Source: Thermodesulfobacteriota bacterium
Lineage (GTDB): Bacteria > Desulfobacterota > Binatia > Bin18
Length of the DNA: 64,000 nt
Direction of reading: 5' to 3'
Assembly: GCA_964291405.2 (NCBI GenBank)
Contig: OZ219926.1
Span: forward strand, 1,344,001 to 1,408,000
The position numbers and the translations under genes are program-made. The notes under the pieces were generated by a model. That model searched no databases, had not been told where the DNA came from, and saw nothing but the letters and a program-made list of their open reading frames with translations. Positions 59,301 through 64,000 of the stretch are shown in pieces (the first letter of the stretch is position 1; the number at the start of each line of letters is the position of its first letter).

Positions 59301-59741
59301 CTACAGCCATTCCTCCTCTGTATGCAGGCGGGTCAGGTGAATCTTTTTCATCTTCCACCGGCCATCTTCCTTCACATAGTCTTCGTGATAATGCCCCCAG
59401 CCCTTAAAGTTGCAGGTCGGCAGGCGCACATCGTCAAACATCGACCAGACACCGCGTGCGGTTGTTGGGCTGGTCAGTTCGATTTCCGGCATGTAGCCCT
59501 GATGGATCGATTTTGCGCCGGTCATCAGCGTACGGATGCCGTCAACCAGCGCGTCGCGGCCCTCGATCTTGATGTCGCGCGGCAGATCCTCGCTGGCGCG
59601 CGGTGCGCCCTCGTATAGCGCCGAAATATCGACGGCGAAACATTCGCTCAAAAGATCCCACTGCTGCGTGTCCATCAATCGGAAATAGCGCGCTTTAAGC
59701 TGGCGGATCGCTTCCAAATCGTCGTGTTGGTCGATGGTCAT
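59301..59741 (-). CDS. SnoaL_4/NTF2 (BaiE/LinA-like) protein
   Basis: 'DLEAI.QLKARYFR..DT..W', 'H.G.MPEI.......A.G.W.M.D', 'G.GHY.E.Y....G.W'. Confidence 0.88.
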   Translation of the reverse strand: MTIDQHDDLEAIRQLKARYFRLMDTQQWDLLSECFAVDISALYEGAPRASEDLPRDIKIEGRDALVDGIRTLMTGAKSIHQGYMPEIELTSPTTARGVWSMFDDVRLPTCNFKGWGHYHEDYVKEDGRWKMKKIHLTRLHTEEEWL

Positions 59742-60027
59742 GTGTTGCTCCCTTGGGCTGTGCGTTGTTTGATCAGCCGTCACGGAATACCCGGACGGGC
59801 TCCTCACATCGAAACTTCCATGCAGGCTTGCCGCGTAAAAGATCGGCCCAGGGTAGCGCGTTTGGGCAACAAAAACGAGGAGCAGCTGCGCCGGGCCATG
59901 GTACAGGTGCACCCCTTATTTTCTCTGTCCCGGAACTCTACCACCGCCCCCAGTGGGACCGGGGAGATGCTGCGCGAGAAGCCTAGTGGCGTGGGGCAGC
60001 GAAGAACATCTGATTGCCGAAAATTGT

Positions 60028-60378
60028 CTATTCGGCTGCGGGCACAAGCGCACAACAGTACAACCGATATTGGAGGGGATAGGAATGCCGGAAGCCGTCG
60101 TCGGAGGAGAGGCCCACCCCGTTGACATAGGAGCCCGCCGGACAGGTTTGAGCCCCCTCGTGGCGGGCGCGCAGCCAGGGCAACCAGGCGCAGTCAGGAC
60201 TTGCCCCCGGCGCGCTAACGGCCCCGGCCTGTTCGCGGGCGGCGTTGGGCGCTTCTAAGCGCAGATACGCATAGGAGCCAAGACCACTGAGGCCGAGTAG
60301 CAGGAGGAGCGCGGCCCACCACCTCCACCGCCCGCTTTTCTGCCTTTCCGACTCGCCTTCCAAATAGATGTCCGTCAT
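60028..60378 (-). CDS. Small membrane-anchored Cys-rich hypothetical protein
   Basis: One TM segment (WWAALLLLLGLSGLG), C-terminal 'CPAGSYVNGVG...LYCC'. Confidence 0.5.
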   Translation of the reverse strand: MTDIYLEGESERQKSGRWRWWAALLLLLGLSGLGSYAYLRLEAPNAAREQAGAVSAPGASPDCAWLPWLRARHEGAQTCPAGSYVNGVGLSSDDGFRHSYPLQYRLYCCALVPAAE

Positions 60379-60817
60379 GACTGCCCTCCCAAGAGGAGAT
60401 GGGGCCTGCACCCCTCCTCGGAGGGAATGGCTTCTCGTCTCTCCTTGATTTCATGCCATAGCCGGAAACCCTGCACAATGGTGGTTTCCGGGGGTGGTCC
60501 CCCTGTCCCACCCCCAAAGACCTGTACCCATCAAGGCTTCCTGAGTACATGGCCAGTCGCCACACGTTCCTCCAGGGCATGTTGGAGCGATGCTTCGCTC
60601 TGGCCCAGCATCGCTCCATCTCGCAGTATGCGTTGACAGCTCTGGGGCTTCTCAGTAGACTGCGTCGTCACTCCACTAAAACACTCTTTTGATCGGCGTT
60701 GAGGGAGAATAGTAGGCTGTTGACAATGACGGAAAAAGTGCTGGCACGCGCCGCAGGACGTGCCTGGCCGTCATTTTTATCCCGCGCACTCTGAGCGGTT
60801 TTTCGTGAGGAATCATT

Positions 60818-62500
60818 ATGGCTGACACACAACTCAATCGTACCAGCGCCCACATCACCCAGCCCAAGTCGCAAGGGGCGTCTCAAGCTATGCTGTACGC
60901 CACGGGGCTGACCGAAGCCGATATGCAGCGCGCCCAAGTCGGTATCGCCAGCGTGTGGTTCGACGGCAATCCGTGCAACATGCACCTGGGCGACATCGCC
61001 ACGAAGGTCAAAGAGGGCGTGGTTGCCGCCGACATGGTCGGGATGCGTTTCAACACGGTTGGGGTGTCCGACGGCATTTCTATGGGCACGAGCGGCATGA
61101 GTTTCTCGCTGCAATCGCGCGACCTCATCGCCGACTCCATCGAAACCGTTATGGGTGCGCAATGGTATGACGGCCTCATCACCATCCCCGGCTGCGACAA
61201 AAATATGCCCGGCGTCATCATGGCGATGGGACGTGTGAATCGCCCGGCCTTGATGATCTACGGCGGCACCATCCGCCCCGGTCACAGCGGCGGTAAGACG
61301 CTCGATATCGTGTCGGCGTTCCAGTGCTATGGCCAGTATATTGCCAAAACCATCACCGACGCCGAGCGCCAGGATGTCGTCCGCCATGCCTGCCCCGGCG
61401 CCGGGGCGTGTGGCGGCATGTACACCGCCAACACCATGGCCTCAGCCATTGAAGCGCTGGGCATGAGCCTGCCGTTCAGCTCCTCGACGCCGGCCACCGA
61501 CTCCGGCAAGCTCGACGAGAGCCTCCGGGCTGGGCAGGCGATGCGCGCCTTGCTGGAGCAGGATATCAAACCGCGCGATATCATGACCCGTCAAGCGTTC
61601 GAAAACGCCATGGTCATGGTCATGGCGCTCGGCGGCTCGACCAACGCCGTGCTGCATCTGATCGCTATGGCTCGCGCTGTTGACGTGGTCCTCACCATCG
61701 ACGACTTCCAGGCGGTGAGTGACCGCGTGCCGTATGTGGCCGACCTCAAGCCCAGCGGCAAGTACGTGATGGAAGATCTGCATAATATCGGCGGCACTCC
61801 GGCAGTGATGCAGTACCTCCTGGACAAAGGGCTGCTGCATGGTGACTGCCTCACGGTGACGGGTAAGACCCTGGCCGAAAACCTGCGGGATCTTCCTGGC
61901 CTCCCGGAAGAACAGGACATTATTCAGCCGATTGAGCGTCCGATTAAAGAGACGGGGCATATTTGTATTCTCAAGGGCAATCTCGCGCCAGGCGGGGCGG
62001 TGGGCAAAATCACCGGCAAAGAAGGTTTGGTTTTCACCGGACCGGCCAAGGTCTTCGACTCGGAAGAGGACATGCTGCACGCGCTCGAACGCCAGGAGAT
62101 CAAACACGGCGATGTCGTGGTCATTCGCTACGAGGGTCCGAAAGGCGGACCGGGTATGCCGGAAATGTTGACCCCCACGTCAGCCCTGGTGGGTGCCGGT
62201 CTGGGTGGTGGCGTCGCGCTCTTGACCGATGGACGTTTTTCCGGAGGCTCGCACGGTTTCCTCATCGGTCATATTGTCCCCGAAGCGCAGGAAGGCGGCC
62301 CGATCGGCCTGATTAAGGACGGCGATATCATCACCATTGATGCGGAGCAAAACATCCTCGACGTTGCCGTCAGCGACGAGGAGATGGCACGCCGTCAGGC
62401 ACAGTGGACCATGCCGCCGTACAAGGCGACGCGCGGGACGCTGTACAAGTATATCAAGAGCGTGAAAAACGCCTCCGAAGGCTGCGTGACGGACGAATAA
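60818..62500 (+). CDS. ilvD: Dihydroxy-acid dehydratase
   Basis: 'GNPCNMH', '[11 protein letters not shown]', 'GCDKNMPG', '[16 protein letters not shown]', '[15 protein letters not shown]', 'TDGRFSGG'. Confidence 0.96.
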   Translation: MADTQLNRTSAHITQPKSQGASQAMLYATGLTEADMQRAQVGIASVWFDGNPCNMHLGDIATKVKEGVVAADMVGMRFNTVGVSDGISMGTSGMSFSLQSRDLIADSIETVMGAQWYDGLITIPGCDKNMPGVIMAMGRVNRPALMIYGGTIRPGHSGGKTLDIVSAFQCYGQYIAKTITDAERQDVVRHACPGAGACGGMYTANTMASAIEALGMSLPFSSSTPATDSGKLDESLRAGQAMRALLEQDIKPRDIMTRQAFENAMVMVMALGGSTNAVLHLIAMARAVDVVLTIDDFQAVSDRVPYVADLKPSGKYVMEDLHNIGGTPAVMQYLLDKGLLHGDCLTVTGKTLAENLRDLPGLPEEQDIIQPIERPIKETGHICILKGNLAPGGAVGKITGKEGLVFTGPAKVFDSEEDMLHALERQEIKHGDVVVIRYEGPKGGPGMPEMLTPTSALVGAGLGGGVALLTDGRFSGGSHGFLIGHIVPEAQEGGPIGLIKDGDIITIDAEQNILDVAVSDEEMARRQAQWTMPPYKATRGTLYKYIKSVKNASEGCVTDE

Positions 62501-62589
62501 ATTCTCTGCGCCTCTCCGGCTAACGGCTTGTCGCCTCACCAGGGCGTCTGCTTGTTGAGCCGGCTTCTTGGCGGGCTTCCACCAGCCTT

Positions 62590-62672
62590 GTAGGTCGGCT
62601 TACGCCTACGGCTAAGCCGACATGGCGGGGGCGGGGAGGAGTGTCGGATTACGCTTCGCTAATCCGACCTAC
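62590..62672. repeat. GTAG-type REP doublet (REPIN-like)
   Basis: GTAGGTCGGCTTACGCCTACGGCTAAGCCGACA and inverted TGTCGGATTACGCTTCGCTAATCCGACCTAC. Confidence 0.85.
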
Positions 62673-62738
62673 TGACTCATCGGTGAGAGCCACGGCTCCG
62701 TCTTCCAAATACTCAGCATCCAGATCGAAACGCCGCTT

Positions 62739-62780
62739 ATAGGCCACACGACCTGTGCGATAGGCCACACGACCTGTGCT
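62739..62780 (+). repeat. 21-bp tandem duplication
   Basis: ATAGGCCACACGACCTGTGC(G/T) x2. Confidence 0.85.
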
Positions 62781-63035
62781 GTGTCACAACTCGCGTACGG
62801 AGTGCCGCTTCATCACGGGTCAGAGCCTGCTCTCGGAGCCGTTGTACTCCCGTGCGTATCGTTGGACAAGCAGCGCCGCCTCCGTAAGCGTGGAATTGAG
62901 GCCACAGCCTTGCACTCGTCACGTTTGACAACTAAAGAAAACAGTGAGGGTCATACCACGGAATGAGGAGATCTTGGCTCTGAACTCACGTAGCGTGAGG
63001 GTAGATGCAGAGCGTTCTGAGGAGGATTTACGCGC

Positions 63036-63866
63036 ATGAGTTATATCGACGTCGTCGAGAAAATCGACGTGCCAAGACCGCACAAGCATTATACCGAGCC
63101 CCATTTTGAAGAGGTGCTTGGCCTTCCGATCGCGTATCGCCGCGAGGGGGCGGGCGAAGCGACGGTTTTGTTTCACGGGGCCGGCTTCACACGCATGTGG
63201 CTTCCATTCTATGCCATGCTTGCAGAAAAACTGGACTTCGTTGCCCCCGAGTGCCCCGGTTTTGGAGAAACGCCACTGCCGCAGTGGGTGCGTGGTTTCG
63301 ATGATCTCGCCATCCTCTATGACCAGTTGTTCGAGCAGCTTGGACTCTCCCACATCCACCTCATTGGCTTTTCGATGGGGGGCTGGGCAGCCGCCGAGTT
63401 CGCTTCGTTTTATCCACGCCGGCTCAAATCGCTCTCGCTCATCACCCCGGTTGGACTGCGTCTTGAAGACGATCCCGGAGTCGACATTTTTCAGCTCTCC
63501 CCACCCGAAGTCATGGACCGTCTATTCAAGGACAAGGACGTGATGCAGGAATGGTTACCGGACGGGGAGGATTTCGATGAAGGCATTCATATGTATAGTG
63601 AATTCTCTGCCGCGGCGCGCCTCATGTGGGCACCGCGTTACAACCTCAAGCTCGAACACCGCCTCCAGCGACTGACCTGTCCAACCCAGGTCATTGGGGC
63701 CGAAGAAGACCGCCTTGTCCCGAACGCCATGTCGGATAAATTTGCCGCAGTATTACCGAACTGCCGACTGATCCGCATCGCGGGCACCGGCCACGAACCA
63801 CTTTTGGAACGGCCGCGTGAACTCGCCGCTATTCTGACGGTTTTTATCGAGGAGGCGACACAATGA
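63036..63866 (+). CDS. Alpha/beta hydrolase
   Basis: HGAG, 'PE.PGFG', GFSMGG nucleophile, catalytic D and 'TGH.P..E.P'. Confidence 0.9.
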   Translation: MSYIDVVEKIDVPRPHKHYTEPHFEEVLGLPIAYRREGAGEATVLFHGAGFTRMWLPFYAMLAEKLDFVAPECPGFGETPLPQWVRGFDDLAILYDQLFEQLGLSHIHLIGFSMGGWAAAEFASFYPRRLKSLSLITPVGLRLEDDPGVDIFQLSPPEVMDRLFKDKDVMQEWLPDGEDFDEGIHMYSEFSAAARLMWAPRYNLKLEHRLQRLTCPTQVIGAEEDRLVPNAMSDKFAAVLPNCRLIRIAGTGHEPLLERPRELAAILTVFIEEATQ

Positions 63867-64000
63867 ACAAGCTGCGTTTTTATTTCTTTCACTTGATGCC
63901 CTACCCCCACATTCCGCCGGCGTCTGAAATCCAGTCAACCTGGGTGTCGTTGTCGAATAAGCATTATGACCCCCATCGCGGCCACTCGCTGTACAACGAA
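63863..64000 (+). CDS. LLM-class oxidoreductase, 5' part (runs off window)
   Basis: ATGA overlap with hydrolase; 'FYFFHLMPY.......S.WV...N..YDP..G..LYN'. Confidence 0.75.
   Translation, partial: MNKLRFYFFHLMPYPHIPPASEIQSTWVSLSNKHYDPHRGHSLYNE

Noticed and set aside
1-64000. Genome-wide TGA reassignment (Trp/Gly) explaining the read-throughs
   Set aside because: Many genes end in TGA at family-typical termini (25599, 31278, 36019, 37449, 54959, 55872) and Trp is encoded by TGG; only two TGAs sit at Cys/Sec positions with hairpins
1-64000. Classical integron cassette array
   Set aside because: No intI, genes are on both strands, and there is no recurring attC after genes (one doubtful relic only)
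1-64000. Natural-product biosynthetic gene cluster
   Set aside because: Many tailoring-type enzymes but no PKS/NRPS/RiPP/terpene core and no coherent operon structure
1-64000. CRISPR array, tRNA (including selC) or rRNA
   Set aside because: No regularly spaced repeats or recognisable structural RNA seen by eye; a covariance search was not possible

Overview
Bacterial accessory region with about 55 intact genes, nearly all small-molecule redox/hydrolytic enzymes: luciferase-like/F420 oxidoreductases, amidohydrolases, epoxide hydrolases, SnoaL/NTF2, GFA, cupins, GSTs, RidA, CmcJ/NvfI-like oxygenases, a Baeyer-Villiger monooxygenase and an imine-reductase-like protein. They sit as 1-3 gene modules in alternating orientation. 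Many module junctions carry truncated neighbour genes, IS6-family end remnants, REP/MITE pieces and HigBA toxin-antitoxin loci. I found no intact integrase or transposase, no RNA genes and no CRISPR; ilvD is the only housekeeping-type gene. Main observations: (1) two genes that the ORF track splits at an in-frame TGA each have a SECIS-like hairpin just downstream. One is a GrdB/PrdB-family UxxC selenoprotein (known family). The other is an Rv2258c-like winged-helix SAM methyltransferase with a CxxU motif, a candidate unusual selenoprotein. (2) The window looks like an enzyme-gene accretion island built by IS6/REP-associated recombination. A scrambled partial tauD duplicate (13.5-14.1 kb) and three single frameshifts may be long-read consensus errors. 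All family assignments come from motif recognition, not database searches.
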